The notes under the pieces are model-generated. The model was not told the origin of the DNA. It saw nothing but the letters and a program-made list of their open reading frames with translations, and made no database searches. From Antedon mediterranea (lineage: Eukaryota; Animalia; Echinodermata): a DNA stretch of 64,000 nt. Location: NCBI RefSeq assembly GCF_964355755.1, contig NC_092676.1:7169888-7233887 (forward strand), written 5' to 3'. Positions within the stretch are counted from its first letter, which is position 1, and each line of letters starts with the position of its first letter. Made by a program: the position numbers and the translations under genes. Shown in pieces: positions 1 to 12,670 of the stretch.

Positions 1-2094
1 TAAATTTAATTTTAAAAAACACATTTTATCGTAATTGTTTAATTGAATTTTTTTGGATAATTATTTTTTTATATAATAGTTTTAAATTTAAATGTATATA
101 GTAGATTCGTATTAGTTAAGTATAGTTTTATATATTTTGTCATTTTCAAGAGGGCCCCCGAATATCAGCTGGCCTGCGGGTTCAGCTGGAAGGGTTACCC
201 TCTATAAATAAAGTTGAAATAAAAAAAATAAATAAAAATATGTAGTTTACAGTTCCTTAAAAACATAGGAATAAAGTTAATAAAGTTTTGGCAAAAATGT
301 AGCATTAAATAGACGTGAACCATAGAAGGGAAAATATAGAATTGGAACGGGAGAAAACGTTTTTAAAGTTATAGCAGAAAGAGAAATAGAAAATCACCAT
401 ATGAGCTTATTAAATAGTTTATAATAACATTGGTGCCCTCTATACTCATCATCATTGTGGTAGCTTCAGTTAATACCAATTTCTAAACATGCAGAACATG
501 TATGATCATGTGATCCTTTTTTTGTCTTTTAAAGCACTGTAGGCCCAGAAGATTTCGTAAAATGTGCGAAGAAAAATTGACATTTATTTATTTTATTTTT
601 TCTCCAACAGATATAAGTGGGCATTTATTGGAACAAAAGAAGGAGTTTCCAAGAAAGATTTCATCCCTCATATTACTAGAGTTTCTAATATGTTAAATAA
701 TCGTCGAAAGGTAATTATATTAGTGGCGCTACCAATTTTGTAATTTTCCAAGCTACTGTCGTTGAGAAGAAAATTATTTTGTGTGTGGTAGTACTGTATA
801 TTGTCCTATCTATTTATTTGTTCGTCTATCCAAAAATTGAATGTTATTTTCTTTGTTTTATCTTATAATCTAAACTCAATACATAGGGGTTGCTGATACT
901 CACATGTTATGCCGCATTGTTGCTTTCGCAACCCCTTGAACGAAGAAGTAAATGAAATAACATTTTCAAAAAGATTACAATTAAATGATGAAATAAACAT
1001 TGCAATATTTTTTATTTTGAATTTAAGTTTAAAAATTGCTGTTTTTTTTGTAAGATTGAAATATCATATAAAATTTCATCTCATACTCATAATACATGGT
1101 TACAAGATCATTGTGAGATTCGAGCCGTGCGCATGCATAGATCAGTGAGCCAGCGTTTGTGGCGATCATTGTTGTTTGTACCGATTGATTAATCTTTCCA
1201 TTTTTGTTTAATTTCATTGTTGTAGGGAGGAATTCAACCGGAAAAATCATTTTTGAAAAGAACTCCAGGAAGACCACTCCTTAGTATGTATCGGATCAAA
1301 TCATTGGACCAACTTTTACCTTTTTTCAATACAATCTGTGATTTTAGCCAATTGAATGAGCCGTTAGAAAATATGACTTCCAAGAAAGCCTATTCAACCA
1401 GCAAGCAAGATGATCAGCGGGCAACGCCTAAGGAATATATCGAACGGCTGATGGAACGAGATTTCCTGATACCTCTTTCCTAAAAATATTTATGATGATT
1501 GAGGGACCAATATTTATCTTTCAAATTCTGCCAATTTATGTGAACTTATAGTTAAACATTTCTCATATGTGTTTAATGGACACTAAAAACGTGACATAAT
1601 ATGTGGAGTTTCGCAAAATTGATCAGCATAGTTTTAACGTACCACACTTATATGAAAGTACATGTGCACCAATTAATATTTTTTCTGTTAAATATAGAAA
1701 GACTGAACAATTTTAATTAAAAGGTAATGTATAAAACTCCATTTTTTTTAGTTGGAGTAAAAGATTATTTTTTAAAGTATACCAGATTTTTCTGAATTAG
1801 TAAAGTTTATTTGTGTTTGTGGTTTCCTGATGTCACAAAATTTACAAGTGCAATAAAGTTTGCATATTAATGTAATGTATTATGTTTTTTTTTTAAATAT
1901 GGACAAAAATATGAAGTACTTTTAATTTCCTGTGATATAAGCCGTTTTATATTTTTATTTAAATTGGTATCATTGTAACTATATACATAAATACAAAAAA
2001 AAACATTTTCTATTCTAACTATAATTACAGTAGTAAATTTAGTTGGTGTTTGATTAGGAGACAAGAATGATAATACAAAATGCTATGGCATGCA

Positions 2095-2657
2095 TGCCTG
2101 TAGGGTGGCACGGCTGTAGTATGGCACGCCTGCAGTATGGCACGCCTGCAGTATGGCACGCCTGCAGTATGGCACGCCTGTAGTATGGCACTGCTGTAGT
2201 ATGGCACGGCTGTATTATGGCACGGCTGTAGTATGGCACGCCTGCAGTATGGCACGCCTGCAGTATGGCACGCCTGCAGTATGGCACGCCTGTAGTATGG
2301 CACTGCTGTAGTATGGCACGGCTGTAGTATGGCACGCCTGCAGTATGGCACGCCTGCAGTATGGCACGCCTGCAGTATGGCACGCCTGCAGTATGGCACT
2401 GCTGTAGTATGGCACGGCTGTAGTATGGCACGGCTGCAGTATGGCACTCCTGCAGTATGGCACTGCTGTAGTATGGCACTCCTGCAGTATGGCACTGCTG
2501 TAGTATGGCATGCCTACAGTATGGCACTCCTGTGGTATGACACTCCTGCAGTATGGCACTCCTGCAGTATGGCAATCCTGCAGCATGGTACTCCTGCAGC
2601 ATGGCACTCCTGCGGTATGGCACGCCGCTGCTGTATTGCATGCCGCTGCTGTATTGC
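2095..2657. repeat. 16-bp minisatellite (GCCTGCAGTATGGCAC)n, about 35 copies
   Basis: Directly visible; explains the four repetitive ORFs at 2025-2664. Confidence 0.95.
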
Positions 2658-3297
2658 ATTCTGATATTAAGTAGAATATATAAATACAGTAATATTGTGT
2701 ATTTGTTTGTGTTTTCAGTATATTTTTCTTAAAATTGAGATCATTTTAAAATCTTTCGTGGTTTACATTATTGCTATTATATAATAATAATAATAATAAG
2801 ATTTTTATAGCGCACATACCACTCCAGAGTGCTCAAGGCGCATTTAAAAATAAAAAATAAATAAATCATACAAATTCCTGACAAATAAAATGCAATTTCT
2901 TTGGAGGGTCCCCATCCGTTGTCATTCTGTCGCGGTCCCGGACCCCGGATAATGATTGATAATGATAATGATTGATTATCGTTTGTAATATCTGTTATTA
3001 ACAAACTGTTTCTGTGATGAAATTTGTACAACTCAAATTTGACCAAAATGTTTTGGGACCGCCATAATGGCTTTGTAATTCATAATAAACCAAAATCACT
3101 TTAAACATTTTTATAACCGTGAAATTCAAGGGCTGTTAATTTCGAGCATCTAAAAAATCTGGTTGAGACCAAGTGTGTGCCTCATTTTTATGGTGTAACT
3201 TGGGTACAACTTGATACCCTAAAGCTCTGTCTACACTATCAAAATGAGTGTGTGCCTCATTTTTATGGTGTAACTTGGGTACAACTTGATACCCTAA

Positions 3298-3425
3298 AGC
3301 TCTGTCTACACTATCAAACTTTGTGATAAAAAAATGTGATGTGCCCATATATGGACATGATGATGTCATATCACTACCATATTTGGACACATCACACTTA
3401 AACTAGTTTAATAGTGTAGACAGCT
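3298..3425. mobile_element. PIF/Harbinger-like MITE (~125 bp)
   Basis: TIR AGCTCTGTCTACACTATCAAA, TAA TSD; its left end plus flank is tandemly duplicated from about 3173. Confidence 0.8.
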
Positions 3426-4941
3426 TAAGAACTTTTTTCTAATTATTCAAATTTTTTGATCAAATTTGTTTTATTACAGTACATATTTATTTACCTTTTT
3501 TTAAACATTTTTTTTATAGTTGACTGTTTATATTTATTCAGTATCTTTATGTATTGTATTTTAATTATAATATTAACAATGTTTACTGTAATAATCGGAT
3601 TTAATATATAGGTGCAATGAATAGATTGTAATTTTCTTTTCTAACTATTGTTATTGTTTCGTTCAAATTTAAATACAGAACAAAGATATTTTCTTCTGGT
3701 AACAAATTGGTCTTAAGATGAGTAATGTTTTATTTTTATATAGATTAGATTCATAGTGTTGGTTATTAAGATATGTTAAGTTAGGTGCTATCCTTCAATC
3801 TAGATGGAATGTACTTTGTATATTAGAGAACTTTTAAAGATTTATTTCATGCATGCGTAAATATAAGCCTATATGCAACTGATTATTAATTATATTGATA
3901 GTATTAATGAGGTATGGTATATAAATATTTAAGAATTTGGATGTGTTTTGTCTTCGAAATGTTAGGTTTAAAATAACAGGACAAAAAAAGCTGGCATGTT
4001 TTAAAACATGGCAATTGGTACACCTTTATTTTATTAATATAATTTTGAAAATTATAGCTTGTATCCGGGGAAAAACCTGAAAGTTTGTTCTGTACCTTGA
4101 ATTAATTGTAATTTGTCACTTTAAAATCATTAGCTGCTAACTCTACACTTAATAGGATCAGACTGTCCTTTAAATTAGCTTATACATTTTCTCAGGAAAT
4201 AATACAGTGGAAAGGGACACCTTTGGAACCCGAAAAAAAGTGTCCCCTTAGTAAGGGGTTGGCTAGTGTTAAAACACATTTTCCTTCACAGAAATTTCAC
4301 TTGACATTTTCCCTGTTCTATTTCACAGATTGAAACTGTCCCTTGCATAGGGGTGTCTCTCTACTGTGAAATTTACTAGTTAAATACAGGTGCACGCCTC
4401 ATTCCTCGACAATGTAGATAACATGTTTTTCAATATTGGTTCTGGGATTCGGTTGTTGTACATATTATATTATAATAATGGAAAATATGTTGGAATATGA
4501 CTGCTCAATAAAAAACTAATCTTGTAAAATATTAATCTTCACATATTTTTATTTCTAAAAAAAATCTCATGTTTTTCTCTGTCTTGCAAATTGAAGATAT
4601 ATCACAGTCTGTAAATCACAGACCATTGCTTTGTCAATTTATAATACTCTATTCTCAACTCGCATCACCAATAATTAGACTTGCTCAAAGTCTGTAGATT
4701 GTCTTTTTTATGTTAGTCCACCAGTCAGCATTTTGATTTTTGTCTGAAAGCTGTGCTCAAGTATTATACATATGAAACGCCATATGTGCCAAAATATTCA
4801 TCTTTTTACTAATTTCAGTCTGGAACCTAGACTACGCCAATATTTCCAAACGTTTAAAAAGTTTTATTAGTTGTATAAGTTGTATTTATGGATGATGACG
4901 ATGACTTTGTGTGTTCATGTGCGTTTAATGCTTTTTTTCTA

Positions 4942-5055
4942 TCATGTTTTTTCATCAAGAACTTCTTTTGTAATTTCATCAAAACTAGTGCTGTCATCTG
5001 GATTTCGTTTTATTTGCGGCGCAACAGATTGGAATTTTAGTTTGAATTCTTCAAC
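4942..5055 (-). CDS. TMEM242: TMEM242 final coding exon (VEEFKLKFQSVAPQIKRNPDDSTSFDEITKEVLDEKT*)
   Basis: Polypyrimidine + AAG acceptor; resembles the human C-terminus MNDFRSKMQSIFPTIPKN...; TGA at 4944-4942; joined CDS is 148 aa. Confidence 0.85.
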   Translation of the reverse strand, partial: VEEFKLKFQSVAPQIKRNPDDSTSFDEITKEVLDEKT

Positions 5056-5269
5056 CTTTAAAGAGAAAACAAAAATTGTATTATATTATTATTTCGTATT
5101 TGTACTGAGATAGATGATTCTATTAAAGAACGCAGTTCCGTAGCCAGCAGTACGGTTGGTAAAGTTTCAACCTGACCACATTTTTACAGAGGCCTTTGAT
5201 AACCCAGTGGCTTGAACAGAGATTGTTCTCTTTTCCTGAAAAAACTGGACCACTTTATTTTTTGTGACT

Positions 5270-6981
5270 CGTATCCGGATATTCACCCCCTGGACATTTA
5301 CCCCCCGGACAACTACCCCCCGGACAACCACCACCTGGACCACTACCCCCTTAGGACAACTACCCCTTTAGGACAACTACCCCTTTAGGACAACTACCCC
5401 CCGGACAAATACCCCCAGGACAACTACCCCCCCGGACAAATACCCCCCCGGACAAATACCCCCCCGGACAAATACCCCCCGGACAACTACCCCCTTAGGA
5501 CAACAACCCCCTTAGGACAACTACCCCCTTAGGACAACTACCCCCTGGACAACTACCCCCTGGACAACTACCCCCCGGACAATTACCCCCTAGGAACAAT
5601 TACCCCCCGGACAATTACCCCCCGGACAATTACCCCCCGGACAACCACCCAGAAAACTATCCCTTTAGAACACCCTAACCACCCAGACCATTCAACAACC
5701 TGACTCTGCAACAGTGTATAATAGGAATTAATAACTATATTTTAATTTGTTACTTTGACGAATTACTATTCATTATTGTAAACAAAAGTAAAAGATTGAA
5801 CATAAATATAGCCTGGTATAAACTGAAGATTGTCACACATGATCATAGGATAGTCGAACGAATTATATAGTACTCCCTGTATTTACTGTAAAGACTGGGT
5901 TCGCTAATAATAATAATAATTTTTGCGTCAGGACAATGCTTCGATAACCACTGGTCTTAAAAGAATTAATTTTTGTCTCAAATTTGTCATATATGTATTT
6001 TTGTACACTTGAAGAATAATATCACTTTTGATATTTGACCTCAATGTTCACTCACCGAATAAACGTCGATCTTTAAATAAATTCCCCTCAAATAAACGGT
6101 GACCATGTCACTCCCATGAAACATCATATGGAATAATCGGCGTCTATTTCCATTAGATTATACCCCCTCCCATTGAATAAACAACTTTCTTCCAATAAAT
6201 GTCCACCTAAAAACCACCTAAACAATAAACAGCCCAGGCCGTTTTTTCAATAAATACGGTACTTTAAATCTAGCACATCTAGGGTCTAGCGTACTGTTAA
6301 ACAGAATAATCGGTTAAAAACGGGTGTTTCAAAACTAGAGACCCGAGACCAGAGACCAGAGACCCAATACGAAAAGGGAGACCTAAATATACGAAAAGGG
6401 AGACCCACGTACGAAAAGGGAGACCCCACTATACGAAAAGGGAGACCCCACTATACGAAAAGGGAGACCCCACTATACGAAAAGGGAGACCCTAATATAC
6501 GAAAAGGGAGACCTAAATATACGAAAAGGGAGACCCAATTATACGAAAGGGAGACCCAAATATACGAAAAGGGAGACCCACTATAAGAAAAGGGAGACCC
6601 ACTATAAGAAAAGGGAGACCCCACTATACGAAAAGAGAGACCACACTATACGAAAAGGGAGACCCTAATATACGAAAAGGGAGACCCAAATATAGGTCTC
6701 CCTTTTCGTATTGGGTCTCGTGTCAGGTCTCTGATCTCGGGTCTCTAGTTTCGAAACACCCGTTAAAAACAGATGATTTCATTTTTACAGAAACCGGTCC
6801 TATATATTTGTCTACTTTTGGATGGGGGGGGGGGGGGGGTAGTTGACCGGGGGGTAGTTACCCGGGGGGTAGTTATCCTAAGGGGGTAGTTGTCCTAAGG
6901 GGGTAGTTGTCCTAAGGGGGTAGTTGTCCGGGTGGTAAACATCCGGGGGGTAACTGTCTAGGGGGTAGGTGTCCTAGAACC
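5270..6981. mobile_element. Non-autonomous Foldback/MULE-like element with arms built of (GGACAACTACCCCCC)n
   Basis: Left repeat array 5285-5650 is inverted relative to 6835-6975; 9-bp TSD TTTGTGACT at 5261-5269 and 6982-6990. Confidence 0.85.
6322..6761. mobile_element. Nested MULE-like MITE with long TIRs and internal ~23-bp repeats (ATACGAAAAGGGAGACCC...)
   Basis: GGGTGTTTC...GAAACACCC termini; 9-bp TSD GTTAAAAAC at 6313-6321 and 6762-6770. Confidence 0.88.
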
Positions 6982-7075
6982 TTTGTGACTACATCACTGG
7001 ACAGGATGGTAAACACCTTTATCAGTATAAATATGAATTGCTTGTTTTTATATTTTATTTTCTGTAATACTTTAA

Positions 7076-7626
7076 AGATGTATTGTCCCTTTGACTAATC
7101 CCAAAAAATTAAAAAATTCAAGATTTCGAAAAAAGGTGGGTCATTTTGAAGTATCATAATAGTTACAGTATTAACTATCACCAAAAATTTTTCGAAAAAA
7201 AAATCATTTAACTAAAATACAGACGTTTTTTTGTTTAAAAAATAACTTTGACTTCCAGTCAAAGTTTTCCATCAAAACATATCCCATAATGAAACGTGCT
7301 TGTTTCGCTACTCTGTATGCATATTTCATAAAACTTCTTTACGATCTGTGTGAAAATACCTTCTCAACTGTGACGAGTTGTAAATAATCCTAATTAGCAT
7401 ATGCAATATGCGTACTCGTGGTTTGAAATCTTTGTTTACTTTCGCTCGCGACAATTTTCCAGACGAAATGTTATCAAACTAATTTACCTGTTATTTACGT
7501 AAACTTGTTGTTTTGGCTCGAATTTTCGACTTAAAGTGAATAACTTTAATATTACTTTGATATGGCCAATTTAAATTTAGAATATTTTGACCATCATTTT
7601 TTTGTGTTTCAAGGGACAATACATCT
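7076..7626. mobile_element. Non-autonomous Kolobok-like DNA element
   Basis: TIR AGATGTATTGTCCC...GGGACAATACATCT, flanked by TTAA on both sides. Confidence 0.75.
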
Positions 7627-7754
7627 TTAAAAGTAAAAAAAAATTGTAATACTACAAACTTACGCGTTTAAGTTTTTACAAACACCAACAATCATACTAA
7701 TGAACGGCAAAAGTAATCACTTTTATTGGTAGAAATATTATACTACAAACTTAC

Positions 7755-7898
7755 ACTTTTAACACCAAGTATTTTACAAACACCAAAAATCATAAAGCCG
7801 AAGCCTGAGCATGCGAACAAGCTCCCCCAACCAAGTGCACGTAGACCAAGCGAACTAGGACTTTCTAGCACCTCTCCAGATTCCCCTTTCAAACGACT
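7755..7898 (-). CDS. TMEM242: TMEM242 coding exon 3 ([48 protein letters not shown])
   Basis: Contains the [16 protein letters not shown] motif characteristic of TMEM242; TTCTAG acceptor, GTAAGT donor, 144 nt, phase 0/0. Confidence 0.92.
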
Positions 7899-8100
7899 CT
7901 AGAATATCATTAAAAAAGATCAATCAATAGTTGCGAATTATAAAACAATCATAATAATAAATTACACGGTTATAGTTAATAATATTAATGTACAATTAAT
8001 GTATATAGCGCAAAATGCGGGGCGCTGAACAATCAACACTAAAAATGTAAAACGTTATGATATGTTATAGTTAGTAAAAACACTGTATATTTTAAAATAC

Positions 8101-8198
8101 TTTGAACATTGCTGGGTCCATCTTGCGAGCTCTTGCTGCAGTTAATCCAAATCCAAACACAACAGCTGCACCAGCCACACTACTCATAAACATCACAT
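8101..8198 (-). CDS. TMEM242: TMEM242 coding exon 2 (NVMFMSSVAGAAVVFGFGLTAARARKMDPAMFK)
   Basis: TTATAG acceptor and GTATTT donor; aligns by eye to human TMEM242 [33 protein letters not shown]. Confidence 0.88.
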
Positions 8199-8516
8199 CT
8201 ATAAAATAAATTGTGTCTCAGAAATTAATATCAATTATTATTACTACATAAAGTATTATTAATTAAGAAGTACTAGTAACTAATGCACTTTATTTTAGAA
8301 ATACTTCTGCACTTTATGGTACAGAGTTAGGCCTAGAAGTAGTAGAGCATATTGGCATCGATAAATCCGTGTGATAGCCGACCTCGGACTAAAGTAGTAG
8401 ACTGAAAGGCCTGGCCTAGCTTTTAAAACGTTGCCATATATGCCTAATTATTCAGGTTCAGCGTTAAAAATAAACTTGTAGTTTACAAAATATACAATAT
8501 AAGGCAATGAAATTAC

Positions 8517-8607
8517 TTTTAAATACATCGAATTTCTCATTTTGTTGGGTGGTGTGATTTAATGTTGAAACTGAAGTTTTGTTTTTGTTGTTCATGGGAG
8601 CTGACAT
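8517..8607 (-). CDS. TMEM242: TMEM242 coding exon 1 (MSAPMNNKNKTSVSTLNHTTQQNEKFDVFK)
   Basis: ATG at 8607; open frame to a GTAATT donor; the phase-1 junction joins exon 2 in frame. Confidence 0.75.
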
Positions 8608-9027
8608 CTTGATAACCTTTGTACTTTATTTTAACTGTTTTTATTACAAAATGTAATACATCAAAATGTTATATAAAAATTATACATTGAATAAATATAT
8701 ATTTATATACTTTTAAAAATAAATATATATGCACGTTAATTGTAAATTTTCTGCTTAATATTGCAATAAAATAAAAACATATGATAGTATTGTAACAGTA
8801 TATAATTACTGCGCATGTTCAATATAATCTTAATATTTCTGACTTTTTGTCACCGAATACCGTACAACATTTAGAGCGATAATTTCAGCCTCTAAATGTC
8901 AGAATTTCTATTTCACAAATTTCAGTTTGTATATTTATCTTCTTGATAATAGGTTTATAAGATATTTAACGTTTATGAGAGTTTTTTATTTGACTGTTTT
9001 GTTGTTTCTAATACTCTAACTCTACCG
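8608..9027. promoter_or_regulatory. Putative bidirectional promoter between TMEM242 (-) and ZDHHC14 (+)
   Basis: The divergent ATGs are only 420 bp apart; a TGCGCATG (NRF1 half-site-like) motif at 8810-8817 sits in an otherwise very AT-rich spacer. Confidence 0.6.
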
Positions 9028-9326
9028 ATGAATGTAGGGCAGGAAAGTGGTGCGGGCAACGGTTCGACGACGCACCCATCACAGCAGCAGATCGCGGTAG
9101 AAAAGACCGCAGAGGCCCTAGCCTGTCAACTACCCACTACACAGGTTTCTGACCCTAAAAGTACAAATTACATTTCGTTGGAAATGCCTAAGCGTAAGTG
9201 GGAAGTGTTTCCTGGACGAAACCATTTTTATTGTGATGGCCGGATTATGATGGCACGTCAAAAAGGAATTTTTTATTTAACGCTTGGTCTTATTGTTGTT
9301 ACGTCTGGACTTTTCTTTGCGTTTGA
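9028..9326 (+). CDS. ZDHHC14: DHHC palmitoyltransferase (ZDHHC14/9/18 clade) exon 1
   Basis: [31 protein letters not shown] motif of the ZDHHC9/14/18 family; GA|GTAAGT donor, phase 2. The start could be a downstream Met. Confidence 0.9.
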
Positions 9327-9447
9327 GTAAGTTTTCAACAATTTATTGCCATAAAAGTATAATAATATTAATATTTATGTAGGCCTAAAGTAAATTATTA
9401 TCTAGGCCTATATAATTTATTATCATTGTGTTCTGTTCTTTTTACAG

Positions 9448-9608
9448 TTGTGTTTACCTCTGGAAAACGGTTTCCGAAGCCATTCCAGTCATTGGTGTTC
9501 TGTTGTTTCTATTTGTTATCTCCACACTGCTTCGGACTAGCTTTAGTGATCCTGGGGTTATACCGAGGGCAAGCGCCGAAGAAGAAGCAGCAACCGAGAG
9601 GCAAATAG
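9448..9608 (+). CDS. ZDHHC14: ZDHHC14 exon 2 (DCVYLW...LLRTSFSDPGVIPRA)
   Basis: TACAG acceptor, DPG motif, G|GTACAA donor; in frame with exons 1 and 3. Confidence 0.93.
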
Positions 9609-10934
9609 GTACAATTTTATACTTTACTTAAACTATGTTATTGTTTTTTTTTTCTTTTTATCAATTTCTTTATATTCTAAGAATGCTTTTTGTACATTTT
9701 GTAAAATAACTTTTTTTTCCGAGAGGCCCGTCACATTAAACACATTATTGGAAAACTACTCAAAACAAAATGCCTCCATTTCCTATGGCTTACCCTTTTA
9801 ACTCTACAGTACCATTTTGATCATGTACTGTGTACAGTAAAATTTTTAAAAGAATTTCGAGAATTTGTAAGTCAGTGTATTATTTAGTATACTTTTAATT
9901 TCGCTTTACATTTTACAATGAAAAGTATAGAAGTTATTCTTGTGAGACAAACCTCTAATTAAGCCTGTCCTGACATTTTGTTAACACAAAGACATACTAA
10001 ACTCATTAACGATTTCCTTTATATAATGAAACCTTTAATTATCGTCTTTGCTGACTCATGTTAAATTCCAATACGGTTTCTTGGTGTGTACCTGTTAATT
10101 GATAGTATTAACTCATTAGGATCCAGTAAGCTTTAGTTTCATTAATATTGTATTACACAACATATCAGATTATTATTTTTAACAATGTTAGAAATTCTTT
10201 CCTGGTACAGTTTACCGAAAGTTTATGCGGACTGTTGATTAATCAGGTTATCAAATTGTATTTAAACTAAATGAATTACTATAACCAGTTTATGTAATCA
10301 GTTTTGATAGTGTAATCTTTCAATTACATCCTGTGATTGCATGATGATTAAACTTATTAAAACTGATCAGCATACTGTTTTACTTGACAAGCCTATTACT
10401 GTATAGAATAATTGAATTGAGTTTAATCACAATGGACGAACAAAAACTGACATGAAATACACTTTATCTTTTGTTAAACTGTAAAAGTACGAAAAGGTGG
10501 AGTACAGTAGTACAAATCGACTCAATTCACATAAAAAAAACTTATACTGTACAGTTATGCAAATAGATGTAACAGTACACTTAATTTTGTTTTATAAATT
10601 ATTACTGTAATTGTTATCATCGTAAGCATAAGAAAATAATAAGAAATATTATTGTAAATAATACTCGATTCATAATTTATGCATTAATTGGATGAAAATG
10701 ACTCATAAATTGTGTTGTTGCCATTACAGTATGAACTATGATGTCTCTTATCCCCTTTTTGGGAGTCACCTTTTCTATGAAAGCTCAAACTTACTTCTGT
10801 CATGGAGGAAATATTATAGATTTATTTATTATACTATATTTCCTCCATGTTTATTGACAGTGCACTAAATATGCAATTATTACATTTAAAATATTAATTT
10901 ACTGTAACAGTAATTACAATTTTTTTTTTCACAG

Positions 10935-11090
10935 AGGCACAGACGCAACAAACCGGAACGTATCGTCCGCCTTCTCGATTTAAAGAAGTTGTAATAAACG
11001 GTCAAAACATTAAGCTAAAATACTGTTTCACTTGTAAAATATTCAGACCGCCGCGGTCATCACATTGCAGTTTATGTGACAATTGTGTAG
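10935..11090 (+). CDS. ZDHHC14: ZDHHC14 exon 3 ([37 protein letters not shown])
   Basis: First half of the cysteine-rich domain; CACAG acceptor, GTATGT donor. Confidence 0.95.
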
Positions 11091-11926
11091 GTATGTAAAG
11101 TACGATTTGGTTTACTTTTTAAATCTAACAGTTAACAATCTTTAGTTTAGACTTAGATTAATTAATGGGAATATCTCTAAAAGATGTGGAATTACTGTAT
11201 TGGAAAAAATAGAATTAGCCTGTCAGTGTCAACGGTTTGTAATGGTATTAACATACAGTAGGTGTGTTTATTAAATCTAAATAAATAGGATAAATACTAA
11301 TTTTATAATATAATCATTAAATAATAATATATAATATAATTATAAAAAACCAAATAAATGTTATTGTTTCAATGCGAATTTAATATAGGTTAGGCATGCT
11401 GTACCTTATGATTCAAATAACAACCATTTCACTCAGTGATTTCAGCACATCCTGGTTTACTATGATTAATTAACAATTTATTTAATAATCAGTATACTGT
11501 ACCCTGTACAGTTTATATGCATCATGCATAAATATTTATTGATTTAGAAAGAAATAATTGATTACAATCTCCAAAGATAATCTTTTAGTTTTTACACTAT
11601 GGTTACTTAGTTTAAAAACTGAATGATAGTACAGCACTGTACTACAGAACCCTTCCTTTAGGCCACCCCTATTCAGAGGACTCAGTGAGGGGAACATTCC
11701 TATTAAATGAGGGCAAATATATGTTTTAACACTAGGCAACCTCTATTCAGAGGACACCACTATTACTGTAAGTGAATACTTTGTTGAGTCCCTTAATAGA
11801 GGCTATACTGTACAGTATTATTCTCACTACAATTTAAAATTTACTTTGAATATTTAGGAAATTTAGTAGAAATAAATTGATGCAGTGCAATTTTTTTTTT
11901 CAAGCGGATAATACTGTATATCTTAA

Positions 11927-12266
11927 AGATGTATTTTGTCCCCCTGAAAAATAGTTTTTAAATGTTTGTTGTTGAATGCCATTTTTATGTCACATAATAG
12001 TTATTCACATTGAACAAAAATTTGATCGGAAAAAAAAATGTATTTAAACCTGAAACAAAACTGTAATTTAAAGCAAAAAATTGTTGGCAGCCAATAGGTT
12101 TTTGGTTAAATTTTACTATTTATTTTGTCATTTTATATGAGAAAACATTCGTTTCCTTTTTATTACAGAAGGGATTGATTTTATTAAAACTACAAAATAT
12201 TAAACCTATTGAAAGTCTGAATTTATTAAATTTTTATTTTTCATGTTTTTGGGGGACAATACATCT
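11927..12266. mobile_element. Second Kolobok-like MITE (same TIR family)
   Basis: TTAA|AGATGTATTTTGTCCCC...GGGGGACAATACATCT|TTAA; partial relatives lie near 25430, 26280, 49700 and 51340. Confidence 0.72.
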
Positions 12267-12670
12267 TTAAAGCTTATCAACAAAATGTATACAATATCAT
12301 TTATAATACTGATCTGTCAGGATATGTATTTTGAACGCACAGATAGTCTAATTTGATATTCAGACTTGATCATTATTCGCTTTTTTTAACCTGCGGCAGC
12401 GTTGATCATGAACTTCTTAAGTGCAATTTAATTTGTGTCAAGCTACAGTAAACATGAAGAAGCATTGCATAATTAATCCGTAATGATGAATGATGAATTA
12501 ATTCATCAAGTATTCAACATGGGATATATACATATACGCTACCTCACTTTACTGTAATGGGTTTTTCAAGTATACAATATTACTGTAGTGTTGTATGGCC
12601 GAGTATAGTCCCAAGGGGTAATAATGGTAGTCTAAAAGCCAATTTACACAGGCAAGCGGTAACGGTAAGC

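Noticed and set aside
1253-1483. Short ORF (MYRIKSLDQLL...) downstream of a GCGCATGC motif
   Set aside because: No recognisable homology or splice context; I cannot support a gene call.
2025-2664. Four overlapping Cys/Tyr-rich repetitive ORFs
   Set aside because: These are translations of a 16-bp minisatellite that is open in several frames on both strands.
6366-6700. Short direct repeats resembling a CRISPR or iteron array
   Set aside because: The variable parts are only 3-6 nt, and the repeats lie inside a TIR/TSD-bounded MITE.
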